Source: Saprolegnia diclina VS20 (Eukaryota). From it: a stretch of 64,000 nt of DNA. A model generated the notes under the pieces. The model did no database searches, had not been told where the DNA came from, and saw only the letters and a program-made list of their open reading frames with translations. Both the position numbers and the translations under genes were made by a program. Shown piece by piece: positions 48,479 through 61,038 of this stretch (the first letter of the stretch is position 1; each line of letters starts with the position of its first letter). Location: the NCBI RefSeq assembly GCF_000281045.1, contig NW_008246076.1, positions 62,001 through 126,000 on the forward strand, written 5' to 3'.

Positions 48479-50157
48479 GGGGATGTGCTGCGCTGTGGAA
48501 AATTGGCAAATGGACGCAGTAATCACATTCCAAAGAACAGCCACGGCGCGTGCCACCGGGAAAACTCCGGGTTTTGCCGGCAAAAATATGCGGCGCGCTC
48601 TATGGCCATTTGTATGCGACGCCCTCGGCCTTGAACTGTCTTGGGATTTGTATACGCTACGCGTAATTTAATTGGGCGAAACCGAGATTCAATGCAAGCG
48701 CCGTTTCAGCATTAAAATTGGGTGCCTTTTCGATGATTTTATTTTACAAACTGTTTAATGTTTATACAAAGTAGCATGATAAAATACGAAACACGCGACA
48801 CGGCGGCGTTAATAAAAAAACTTATTTTCATTCTACTAAGACGAGCGTTCCGAAACGCACCGTTTGTTTCGTTGAAGTCCAAGCTCACAAACGCGTTTGA
48901 TTGGCGGATTCTGGTTGCTTCATGTGACAGCGCTGTGTAATTGCCCACTTAAGTGCGACCGAAGACGCACTTGACCGGATGTTGCCCACCACTGGATGCA
49001 AGTTGAAGTTGGAAAATGCACTTCAAGGTGAAGAAGAGATCTTGGCAGACGTACTGACTCTGGCATCTTATCTTGTCCGAGACTGCCTGGCAGTCGACAA
49101 TGTACGTACGGCGTATACGCCACTCGGTCCTATTACTGGTCGAGGGTATTGAAAGCCAGAGAAGCTTGGGTTTTTGTTGCACACGGACGACGATCGTCCA
49201 TCGCGAAACGCACCAACTCAGCTTGGGCCTTGGAAGAAGGCAGCACGGCAAAGACACGGTGCGACTTGCTCGTCGTCATTGGCGCGAGAACGCCGCTGGG
49301 AACCGTTTGCTCTTGCCACTTTACAGGCACTTGAAGTTTGGTGCAGGAAGCATAAAGACACGTGCGGTTGGACGGTGTCCGAGCCAATCATGAACGAGCG
49401 GCCCCGCACTCGACGACGCAGCAAGCTGGACAGAAACAAGAAAGGACCAACCCGAACGCGGTCCGATCCCGTGCTAGCTTTCGAAAGAGAACGCGCCAGC
49501 CTTCAAGTTCAACTTGCGCACAGAATTGAGCTCGGTGCATGACGCCTGCGTCGTCATGGATCTTTATCCGGCCTATCCGGAAAACGGACCAAGTACTGCA
49601 CACGCAAGTGAGGCCAGCAAATGCAGCGCCTATCACAACGGACTCGGTTGTATACGTCAAAAGATTATTGATGGCCGATCTCTGTTGATGTCAACCTAAG
49701 ATCTGAGTTTGGCCAGTCGTCGTCGTCGCTTTCGACTCCAGATCTTAGAGGACGGTCGATCGTCCAGGATGGGACAAAGGGTCGGAAGAAGACTAGCGGT
49801 ATCATTGGCATCGCTTTGCTTCATGAAGTCCGCACGTACCAGCTTTCAAGCCACAGTGTACAGCAGACTACACTAGAACTCGTCTAATCGATGTGGCCGT
49901 TCCAACTTGCTCTTTGATCTTATAGCGTCAAGCACACGCGTCTCTGTACGTCTTGCCTCATCAGATGAAGTCCACGCGCGTTAATATGCATCATCAACAA
50001 AGTGTGAGCGACGGTGCTCAGGTCTCCAGATTCGCCGAGATGCAGACTTGCACGACGGTGCCATAGTAATACCTCACCGATTCCTTGACCTCAACGAAGC
50101 TATTTTTGCGGCACGTCGTTTCGGCTGCCACGGTTTGTTCTGGGCTCGCTGGTTTGA

Positions 50158-52619
50158 ATGGAGACGCTGGCCAAGGTCTTTGCGACGACGCCGGGCACGG
50201 AGGAGATCACTCTCCAGCATGCACGCCTCTACTCGCTCGAGTCTCTGTTGCCGCTTCTCCGGCAGTTCAAGGAGCTGCGCCACCTCGACGTGAGCCAAAA
50301 CAACCTCTCATCGCTTCCGCCCGAGATGGCTCAGCTCAGCCGGCTGGTCGCGCTCGATATTTCGCACAACCCGTTCCCGTCGATACAAGCCGTGCTGCCA
50401 GTGTTGCAGCAGCTCCCGTCGCTCAAGAGTCTCTCCATCACTCTGGGTTCTGCGACTGACGAGAGCCTCGTGATGGCGGCGCTTCCTAAGCTCCGCATTC
50501 TCAACGCCGCCCCCTTGTCCTTTGGCGGGCCGCCCAAGTCATACGCCCTGCAGCCTGTGCCATCCTCCTCATCAACCGCATCGAACAGCGCGTTACCCAT
50601 GGTATGATGGAACCCTACGGAAGAGTGTCGTAGTGTGCGTGCTAGGATCACGTACGAAACGTTGCCAGTATCGTGAGCGTGCTAAAGAGCATTGGCGACC
50701 CGTCACCGGACGAAGCGCTGCGCATGAGCCGCATGTTTGACCAGCAAATGGAGCTCGTGGCCATGTCGCTCAAGCAAGAATTGGCGGCCGGCGACCACGA
50801 GGCGGCAACGCTGCTCCACGCCAAGTTCAAAGTCCTTGCCGCCTGTGCGAGCCTCGCGACGCAGAAAGCCGGCGAGTGCCACCCGGAGCTCGGCCTCGCG
50901 ATCCAGTCGCTCACGTTTCTACACCACGAATTGATGACGTCGTACCACGCCCTCGTCCTCAACCTTGTCGAGACCGGCCGCCACGTAGGTCCCGTCCTGT
51001 TCCGCACATCTTCTCGGAACGCGCGAAATATCTAGGAAGCTGCCGTGGCGCCAGGGCAACTCCAGCAGCTTTTGGAGGTGGCCGAGGGCCTCGAGACGGA
51101 CCTCCAGAAAAGCCATGCCGCCTTGGCGATCGAGAAGCAGCGCGTCGCTCAATTGCAGGATGAAAACCTCCGGCTGCGGCACCAGCTCGGCGACAACCGA
51201 CCGCGGAGCCCAAGCATTCACCCGCATGACGTCGCGCCTGCAGCCACGGCAAAGCCACCGCCGCCACCACCGCCGCAGGTACGAAAGGCGACGCCACCGG
51301 CCGTGCCCGTCGTACTCGTCAAGCGCGACAAGCCCACGCGCCATGAGAACAACAATTATACGTCTCGACCTCGGCGCCCCGAGGTTGTCGAGCATAGCAA
51401 GCCGCCAATGCTGCCGCCCGCAGTGTCGCCGACGCCAACGACGGTGAAAAACCTCACGTTAAAGCAGCTCCGCGATATGATTACCGCGATTTACGCGTCG
51501 AAAGCCAAGCACGACGAGATGTGCGCGGCCAACTTTGCGCCCAAAGAAACCATGGAGCAGCACATGTACACGTATCTGAACCAGCGCTTTGGGCTCCAGT
51601 CGCTCATTGTCGAGTATGCGAGCGCCATCATGAAGGTAAATGCTCGGTATTGCCTTTTTCCATACCAATGTATCAATGTATCAATATATATTTGTCGCCA
51701 GGGGTGCACGCGGTACATGAAATCGGACGCGGACGTCGCGACGTTCTTCCACGTCGTGCGCAACGACATGGACGAAGGCTTCTTGCGCTTGAAGAGCAAG
51801 CTGGAAGAAACTGTTGTCGCGCTCCTTCGCGCGTTCCTTCGAGGCCTGCACCCGCGCAAGTCGGAAGGTACGTCGTGGACTCTCTATATATATTGGATAT
51901 TTTGTCTTAGGCGCGCTCAATCAGCTCATACAAGCCAAGCTCATGGACCAGACGCTTTTGAGCGAAGACGAGTGGCACAGCGTCATCAAGTACATGTATG
52001 ACGCGCACGATGTACGCAAGGGCACCTTTGTTGAAGGCGCTCATATGAGGCTAGTGCCACGCCATTGTGCGGCTTGTCGAGTCGCAGGTCGTGCAGGACG
52101 ACAACAATGTCAAGCGCAGCCTCGCCTTTTCGACGTTCCGCAAGGTATATATATTTATCGTTTAGTGATATTGGCAATGTTTGTCGTCTGTCTAGATATT
52201 GCTCAACTACCAAATGCACGGGCGGTTGCGTATGCTCGAGGAGTTTTGCCGCCATTTTCAGCAAGTGGATATTGAAACCGTGGGTGTCATCTCCCAGGTG
52301 CGCTTTCTGCGCCAATATGCCTATTGTGAGGTCATATGGATATAGCAAAGTCTCGTGGAGCTCATGATGCGGTACACACCCTACAAGGTATAGACGAGTT
52401 GACGTAATGTAATGTGCTTGCATGACACTACTCTAGACGGAAGATGAAGTCGACAACATCGTGCACCAAGCCGACCCCCACGGCACGAACGCCATTACTT
52501 TTTCCGACGTACCTCACAATGCCTTTGGATTTATGGCAAGAGAATGGGTGTTGTAGGTGGTCGAAGTGCTCTTCAAGGACATTCGAAGCCACAAAGCAGC
52601 GACAGTGGGTTTATCCTAG
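50158..52619 (+). CDS. LRR + coiled-coil + helical domain + EF-hand-like protein (multi-exon)
   Basis: LRHLDVSQNNLSSLP LRRs; 'ETMEQHMYTYLNQRFGL' domain; C-terminal 'ADPHGTNAITFSD' EF-like loop. Confidence 0.75.
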
Positions 52620-52705
52620 TTGAAGAAATCCATCTATACTTTCCGTGTTAACGTGCGAGCTCCTCGCCCAAAGTTATGTAGCACATCCCGAGTGTGAACT
52701 CGATT

Positions 52706-53790
52706 CTATCGTCGCTTCTTCATCTTGATCATGTGCTTGGCTTTCTTCGTCTTGGCCGCCAGCTTTTGCCGCACCTTGGCCGGGTCGCACTGCAGCTGCT
52801 CAAAGAGCGATGCCAGCTCGTCCGTATCCATCGTGGGAAAGTCCTTGCGAAGCGCGTTGAGGTCCGACTCGCGCTGTGCACTCGTGTCGGCGCCGGTCTC
52901 GACACAAATTTTGCCCTGCAATAACAATATGAAAAGTCCTTTTTTGCACTTTCGCTCAGTATGCTACCTCGCTGGCAGGTAGGGGAAGGGCCAGCGGCGT
53001 CGACATCAAGTCGTCGTCGACACTGCGAATGCTGTCGTAATGCTCGTCGTTGTAGTAGCACACGTGCCACGCAGGCGCCTTGGCGTGGCCGCAGTCGATC
53101 GTCGTGCGGTTGCCATCAACCTGACGAAAAGTGCCAATGTATCAACTGTCGTCGACACTGTACCTGGTGGACGACAATGTGGCGCTGCCAGAGCAAAGAC
53201 GCGACGTAGAGCTCCAAGTTGCCGCCCCAGACACCGTCGTCGGCCATGCGCGAGCAGTACTAGACCCGGCGTTAGTCGCCTCCTCGTCAGCAAATTGCAA
53301 ACGTGATCAAAGGCTTCCTCGTCTTCCATGAACGGTTCGAGATCGTCTTGGTGGTCCTTGATGTATTGTACAATGTCCTACACTTCTATGGAGACCACTG
53401 CGAGCAAGGGCTAGAAGCACATACCTTGCGCATTTCGGGAAAGTGCGTCTGGTCGCCATGCAGTTGGTCGCTCAGCGTGCTACCCTTCATAAGCCCTATG
53501 AAGGCTATGGTGACGGTACCGAAACAAGCAGTTGCCATCGGCTTCCATCGTCTACGCACGGCGGTCATCGAAGCTCGCGAGCGTGGCCAAGCGCCTACCA
53601 CCAACTGCAGCTCGAGGCGGGCGAGCTGCTCGCGCAGCTTGCGCATGTCGACGCCGAGGGCATGCGACCCTCGGTTCTTCTTCGCCGCCGTCTTCTCTGC
53701 CTAGGTGCCATAAGCCATGAGGGCGGAAGCGACGGGCCCGAGGCCGACCTTGGCGCGCTTGAGCTTGCGCTGCTTCCCTTCCCGGCCCAT
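52706..53790 (-). CDS. OTU-domain deubiquitinase (OTUD3-like), multi-exon
   Basis: DGNCLFR..LSDQL..EPFMED..WGGNLEL..EHYDSIR, with the catalytic Cys and His motifs. Confidence 0.88.
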
Positions 53791-54326
53791 GTTGCCCAAA
53801 TGTGTTGCGATGCTGCCGATTGGTCATATTTCAACCAATCCTCATGCTGTATTCGGTCAAGTGCGGACATTTTTGACCAATCCCTGCATGACAAAAATGG
53901 ACCTGCGATCCGCGCCGACGCTGGCAGCGAGACGCGCCTGGTCGGTAGTAGAGCCGCGAGGAGGAACTAGAATGCATCTACGCGCTATTCTGTATACTAC
54001 AAGGGAAGAGCTGAGCTTATGCCCACGCTTTTGAGTCTCCCAGATTCAGATTCTGGTCCGCGCCAGACTTTGGTGTCGTAAAAGAGGCCACGACTGCGAT
54101 GCTTTGGTATCGTTGCTGGCGTGCTCTCGGGCAAGCGAGCGTAACCAAAGTATCTCGCCGCGTGACCACGTGGCGAGACGAGCCCTGCGCAGAGCTGCGA
54201 GTGTTGATGGTCGCAGCCTGATCGAACACTATTGACGTCGTTTCGAAAATATCACCCTTTTAGTTTGAATGCAAACGTCCCAAATAGTATCGATATTGAA
54301 ATGGTGTGTCTTTGAATCGAGCACGC

Positions 54327-55584
54327 ATGGCACAGCTCCAGCGCGATCTCGAAGCGTTGGGCTGCCCGCCCGAGATCCTCTCGGCGTCGCCGCTGCAACT
54401 GCATAGCTCCAAGCGCGAGCTGCTGCATTGGCTGCACGCCCAAGCTCGCGGCTACCTCCACCAAGCGCTCGGGCCAACGTCCGGCAGCGAAGCCGACGTG
54501 CACTTGACGCGATGGCTTCTGCAGACGGTACACTGCTCTCGCCAATGCACGTGTTCACGCTAGCACCGTGCAGGGCATCGAGTCGCAAGACGTGTGCGCG
54601 CGCCTCATCGATGGGACGCTCGGCGTCGACCGCACGAACCGCTACCTCCGGCAGGTCTGCCTTCTGCATGCCTGGACTATTTCAAAGCAGCGCAGGTGGT
54701 CGATCAGTTGCTCGGCTTTGACGCACTCGCCACGCACGGCGCCGACGCCTGTGTGGCCAAGGCCAACGCACTTTTGAACGTCGTCTGCGCCAACGAGGTG
54801 CCCTCATCACATCATCGTGCTGTTGCCATGTCCTGCCTAGGCCCTCTTCTTGGAGACAAAGACGACGGGTCTCTTTCCGCCAAGCTTCCATGCGTACTTG
54901 GGGCAGCCAGCACCGTCCGTAGCTGACGAGCATCGCCGGATCGCAGCGGTACGCGGGCATCTTACTCTTACGTAACAAACTTCGCGTAGGAGCTGGATGC
55001 AGCCATGCGCGAATGCGACCGACTGCGGCGCCAGTACCCCACCTTTGACAAGGTTTTCCTTGTCTACTCTGCGCGCTCAGTGTTCTAGTAGGATACCATC
55101 GTACAGGCGCCACCGACCCTCGGCGCTCTCGTGTCGGCGCTGCAGCTGCAGCTGCAAGCGTGCGCTCCCTTGGACGTCGCTAAACACCATAGCTTCACGC
55201 TGCGGCTAGGTTTGCGCTCAAGTACCGACAAGAAGTGCAAGTGTGGCTTTGCGCGCCAAGTAGCGATGACCAGATCGCCGCGTCTGGTATGGGCAGCCTC
55301 GTCACATCCCAGACCAAGCCCGCACTGGATCAGTATGTTGCTTTTATCGAGCAGCTCCAGGTACGTCAGCCATCCCACAGGAGAAGGCACAAGACGCGAG
55401 CTAGTCGGTTTTGGCCGCCGCAGACATGGCGTCCCCGCGCGCGACCAGGTACGATCCTCGTCACGCTACCGACGGTCTGGTGACAGCAGCTAGTTGCAAT
55501 CTCGGTACCAACGACATCGCCAACCAAGTGGCCGCGCTTCTTGACGAGATGCATGTGCTGGAGGCGGCGCTCGCAGGGTCCTAG
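54327..55584 (+). CDS. Possible augmin subunit 7 (HAUS7/AUG7)-like protein, multi-exon
   Basis: 'LQRDLEALGCP..RELLHWL' and 'VAKANALLNVV..LF..LFP' resemble AUG7/HAUS7 N-terminal motifs (from memory). Confidence 0.5.
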
Positions 55585-56180
55585 TTGGCGCTAATATACA
55601 GAACACTCGTTTTCGTGTCAAGCAGCAGTCCAGAGCCCAGCGCGCAAGTGGCGTCCTTCGCTTCAGCAACGAGGAGAACGCAGGACGAGATCTTGTCTCG
55701 CGAGACACTCGGGCGTAAACATGACGCCACTGGCTGGCCGCGAAGAGAAGAGCCACTCCACCAGCTCGTTGGACCTTGGTGTACGAACGGGGTCGCTGCG
55801 ATGACGACGACCAAGGCCTTCATCTACAATGCGCAAGAAGGAAGCACCTGCGTCGCCAACTGGAGGACACAGCTGTCGGCAAAGTAGACATACAAACGTC
55901 CAAATATTGGCACCTCATCGTCCAAGTTGCAACGAATATCGTCCATCGATTGGACGTTCCTGCTCCTACCGCAGTAGGGTCGAGTACATACTTTGAATGC
56001 AGTCGAGCGTAGAAGGTCGCCATGAGCATCATATCCGAGTGATAGGACGACCAGCAGGAAGGCGTAGGGCAATTCGAGCGTGTTGCAAACGGGTGGCCAA
56101 CTTGACGGGCGCGGGCAATACAAATTTCCAGAGTAGAGTGGGATCTCGCCGGTGAGAGTGCAAAACCCAGCATTCGCCGC

Positions 56181-57024
56181 ATGGACGGAACCCGACGTGT
56201 GCCAAAAACGAGCGCCGTCAAGCTCGCGCAGGCCCGCGCCCTCCAGCGGCGCCAGCGCGCCGCCGTCTGCAGCTACGTCGCCCATCTCGAGGCCAGCGTC
56301 AACGAGCTCCGGCGCGCGACGGCGCGGCTCGAGGGCCGGCGCGAGGCGTGGGCCATCATGCACCCGGCGCCCGAGCGGCCGTTGGACCATACCGCGAGCG
56401 CCCGTGTCGGCGCCGCGTACTTTGACATTTGCCGCTTTGGCATCGTCACGGACCACGACGTCACCGCCTTGCGACCGCTGCTGGCGGCCGACGGCTTTGA
56501 CTTTATGGGCGGGGGCGGCGTCGACGAGCTCTTTGACCAGTGGCACCGGTACGCCACGTACTTTGCGGCGTTCGAGATGACGTGCCACCACATTGCCGTT
56601 TCGCCGGCCGAGACGAGTGACGTCGTGCTTTGCACGAGCACGATGCGCTTGCGTCTCCACCGCCGGACGCTTGAGTGCCTCTTCCCCCACCTTTTGGTCC
56701 GCGAAGACATGGTCCAGCGCCTCGTCGGGCGCGAGCTAGCGGTGCGTTGCCTCCTCTCTGCGTTGACATTATCTGATCGAATTGCACTGTTTCCATGTCT
56801 AGGTGCCAATGACGCTGACGCTCTACGTACGCCACGACGGGTGCCAGATCCAGTCCATGCACTCGGACCTCGCATTCGCCTCGAGCTTGGCAGAGCTCCT
56901 CGGCAGTCTCGAAGATACCGTGGTCGCGATGGACGGCGCGCGAGTCCACGGCCCATGGCTCTTGGCGGACGATGACGACGACGCGTCCGTGGCCGCAAGA
57001 AGCTTGACGTATAAAGCCCCGTAA
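56181..57024 (+). CDS. Oomycete atypical bZIP-like transcription factor (2 exons)
   Basis: Basic region ARALQRRQR, zipper LEASVNELRRATARLEG, and C-terminal 'LFPHLL..LVGREL' shared with two neighbours. Confidence 0.75.
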
Positions 57025-59048
57025 AATCACACTGGACCTTTGCTCGCCTCGTCGTCGATGACGAGATCACATGCCAAGACCAGGTGACTCACTGGCATGA
57101 GTCACGACGTGGTACCGCGCATCTCGCATGACATGACGAGACCAGTGACGAGACCAGTGACGCGGACGCGCTGGCATCACGATGACGCGAGGTGGCTTGC
57201 GGCCTATTTCTTGATGGTGCCGTGAGTCTATGTTGCGAGCAGCGAGATTGCTTGCTTGCAGAGCGCGGGTATCGCGCGCTTGCCACGTATGATGCGATAA
57301 GATCTGAGACTGATAGGGTTCGAAAGGTCGTCGACGGCGTGTTCGATCGAGCGGACGTGACGGTATTATACTCAGATTCTTCTTGCGTCGGCTGTGCGTA
57401 GGGACAAGGCGTGTGCGAGCTCGTAGCTCGTGGTCCCCGCGCTGGTCGAGGCGAGTAGCGCAACAGCGTTGTCAACGTTGGACCGCTGATAGAAATGTAC
57501 TGTGGCTGACGATCCTTCTTACGCGTAGTCGCTTTCGAGGCTCTCGGGCAGGACGGTGGCTGCTCCCTACACAGGCGTCTCTCGCTAGGTGGCGACAAGA
57601 GCAAAGCGGCGGATTAATGGACAGAGGTCGGTTCCTTGAGGCTCAAGAACGACGGACGAGAACCTTGGGCAACATACCTTGCAAGCAGCAAACGAACTGC
57701 ACGTTTTATGTCCGGTGAGAAGCTGGGTGGTCGCTCCGCACCAATTGAGTGAGTGGGACGTTCGGTATATCGATATGACGATGCTTCTCGACGTTCTCAG
57801 GCGTCTTTGTCTTGGTGCAGACGACGAAGGACAGATTTGCTATCGCCAAGCCCAGCGACGACAAGGGCCGTTCGAGCGCGCTCAAAAGCTTCCGTTTTGC
57901 CGGCAGCAGATTCACCGAGTCCTTTCTCGTTGCTGGAAGTGGTGCGGCCTACGTTGAAGTCATCGGCGCCTTCTTGCATATCCGCCCATTGTCGGTGATT
58001 TCCTCTACCAAGACCGAGCTACTTGGGGGCAACAACCGCGTCGGTGTCCGCCCTGCCAGAGGCGGGCGAGGCGGGTTAGCTTTTGACTGATACTACAAAT
58101 TCGTGGATGGCTCGAGCTCCCTTGCTCTGCGCCTGTATCTTGGACCTTGTATCGTGTGTTTGCTTTTGGAACTTGGTCTTTTAGAACGCTCGGCCTTGCG
58201 CGGAAAATCTCTTCCACTTCTTGGAAACGGCACGCCTCGCGAGATGCGACCAGCGAGCTGCTACGGCTCAGTTGTCGTCCTGCGACCGTACACTAGGCTT
58301 CGTCAAACGTAAAGACACTTTGCAGTGCTGGATGGAATGCGTTCCACCGTTTCGCCCAGCGACAACACGTCGCCGTGTCGATTCCGCAGAGCTAGCTACG
58401 CGTTGATCGCATCTCCGAGGCTTCCCAGACACTGCGATCACATGTACTATTGTACGAGCAAAGCAACGAGCGCTGCGGGCCATCGCCACTCCCATCGTTG
58501 TCGAGTGTCCTTGCTTGGTACTTACGTTGAGAGAGGCGCGCCACCAGCTCGGGCGACGTTGGTGGCGCTGGTGGCGCGCACGGCCTGAGAGCAATTGCTG
58601 AAGTCAAAGCAGCCACATGAACGAGATTGCCAGGCCGGCACTTGGCTCGTCGCGCCGTGTATGAACACTCCTCGCACCGGCCACAACTCACAGGCGCATT
58701 AGGAAGTCTACTATCTTTACTTTCTAAATAGTTGGATTCGGCTAACTCATTTCATCAACACAAGCAGCGCAGACTTGGACCGATCCAGGTCCGGTTTGTC
58801 ATGGTGGCGACTCGGGGTGGAGTGGACAAGATCACCAACGTAGCACATGACGTATTACGTCGCTGCACAAAAACAGACGCTGTCGTCGCGAGATCTACGT
58901 AGTACACGCAACAACAATTTGGTCTATTCATCGATACTCGCCGCAAATACTAGTACACTCTAGTAGCGGACCCTCCTACCCTCCTACCTCGCCCCGACGC
59001 CGGAACGGCCTCGCCCCCGTGGTGTCGACGCCTGTATTACATTTAGAG

Positions 59049-59804
59049 TCACCTCGTCGTCGCTAGCGGCAACGAGCTCGCAAGGCCGCACTGGTGGCGG
59101 TCGTGTACGACCATCGCGACATCGTCGAGGTCGTTCAGCAGCGCCATGAGCCCGGCGGCAACGTCCCATTCAAACTCGATGCGCCGGACTTTGGCGCCGG
59201 CGTCACTGCTCGTACTACCCATGTAGAGGAGCTGCGTGCACGGACACGTGAGCGTCTGGCCCACGAGGCGGTGGCGAATATGGTTCTCGTCGCCGTTGTT
59301 CCCCAAGTGCGGCCACAAGGTCGTAATCGCATTCTCGTTCAAGCCGAGCGAGACCGTCCCCACGACATGAACGAGGTGCTCGTCGCTGTCAAGCGCAACC
59401 GCCTCCATGCGAAGGGGCTCCTTGCGGAAGAAGGCGAACGCAGCAGCATACTGCCGCCACTGGTCGAGGACGGCGTCAAGTCCAGTCGCTTCACGCAGCG
59501 CAACGTCGTCGGCCATGAGGTCGCGCAGTGCAGCGTCTTGGTCGGGCGCGGCGACGTACCCGTGCATGAAGAGGCGCCAGTACAACTCGACGCGCGCAAG
59601 GTCTTTTGCAAAGTGCCGCTGCGCGTTCTGCCGCATCATGTCGACTTGGCCTTCCAGCCGAAACGTGCTGTGGAGTAGCGACTGGACGTCGGTTTGGAGC
59701 GACTGGAGGTACGACCGCGTCTCTTCGCGGTACCGGCGCTGGTTGTTGCGGCTCTGCTGCCGCCGGCGCTCGATCGCATCGGGCGTCTTGTACTTGGACG
59801 GCAT
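59049..59804 (-). CDS. Oomycete atypical bZIP-like transcription factor
   Basis: RRRQQSRNNQRRYR, zipper, and 'LWPHL..RLVGQTL' domain; an intron near the 3' end is possible. Confidence 0.82.
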   Translation of the reverse strand: MPSKYKTPDAIERRRQQSRNNQRRYREETRSYLQSLQTDVQSLLHSTFRLEGQVDMMRQNAQRHFAKDLARVELYWRLFMHGYVAAPDQDAALRDLMADDVALREATGLDAVLDQWRQYAAAFAFFRKEPLRMEAVALDSDEHLVHVVGTVSLGLNENAITTLWPHLGNNGDENHIRHRLVGQTLTCPCTQLLYMGSTSSDAGAKVRRIEFEWDVAAGLMALLNDLDDVAMVVHDRHQCGLASSLPLATTR

Positions 59805-59910
59805 CAGTATGTAGTTGGCGTGAGTTGCTGCGAGTTGGATTGTGGCAGGTGGGAGCGCCAGCTGGGCGCGGTGACTTGGCTGGCGGACGGGACGCCTCTG
59901 CGCCGAACAT

Positions 59911-60847
59911 NNNNNNNNNNNNNNNNNNNNNNNNNNNNNNNNNNNNNNNNNNNNNNNNNNNNNNNNNNNNNNNNNNNNNNNNNNNNNNNNNNNNNNNNNN
60001 NNNNNNNNNNNNNNNNNNNNNNNNNNNNNNNNNNNNNNNNNNNNNNNNNNNNNNNNNNNNNNNNNNNNNNNNNNNNNNNNNNNNNNNNNNNNNNNNNNNN
60101 NNNNNNNNNNNNNNNNNNNNNNNNNNNNNNNNNNNNNNNNNNNNNNNNNNNNNNNNNNNNNNNNNNNNNNNNNNNNNNNNNNNNNNNNNNNNNNNNNNNN
60201 NNNNNNNNNNNNNNNNNNNNNNNNNNNNNNNNNNNNNNNNNNNNNNNNNNNNNNNNNNNNNNNNNNNNNNNNNNNNNNNNNNNNNNNNNNNNNNNNNNNN
60301 NNNNNNNNNNNNNNNNNNNNNNNNNNNNNNNNNNNNNNNNNNNNNNNNNNNNNNNNNNNNNNNNNNNNNNNNNNNNNNNNNNNNNNNNNNNNNNNNNNNN
60401 NNNNNNNNNNNNNNNNNNNNNNNNNNNNNNNNNNNNNNNNNNNNNNNNNNNNNNNNNNNNNNNNNNNNNNNNNNNNNNNNNNNNNNNNNNNNNNNNNNNN
60501 NNNNNNNNNNNNNNNNNNNNNNNNNNNNNNNNNNNNNNNNNNNNNNNNNNNNNNNNNNNNNNNNNNNNNNNNNNNNNNNNNNNNNNNNNNNNNNNNNNNN
60601 NNNNNNNNNNNNNNNNNNNNNNNNNNNNNNNNNNNNNNNNNNNNNNNNNNNNNNNNNNNNNNNNNNNNNNNNNNNNNNNNNNNNNNNNNNNNNNNNNNNN
60701 NNNNNNNNNNNNNNNNNNNNNNNNNNNNNNNNNNNNNNNNNNNNNNNNNNNNNNNNNNNNNNNNNNNNNNNNNNNNNNNNNNNNNNNNNNNNNNNNNNNN
60801 NNNNNNNNNNNNNNNNNNNNNNNNNNNNNNNNNNNNNNNNNNNNNNN
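59911..60847. other. Assembly gap (N run)
   Basis: Run of N bases. Confidence 1.
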
Positions 60848-61038
60848 TTGTACGAGGAGACTGCTGGACAGGAGACACTGGAGGACCAAGGCAACACCGT
60901 TTACATACCAATAAGAACTGGGATCATGACCCAACGTCCAGTGGATTCCACCTACATGGTCCGATCGTCGCTTGTCGAGGGTTATATGCGCGTAGTTGAA
61001 CTAGACGACTACCATTATTTCTTAATATGTACAAAAGG

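Noticed and set aside
57089..58950. ORFs and short tandem units (GAGACCAGTGAC x2) between the bZIP genes
   Set aside because: No recognisable product, and the repeats are too short to be meaningful
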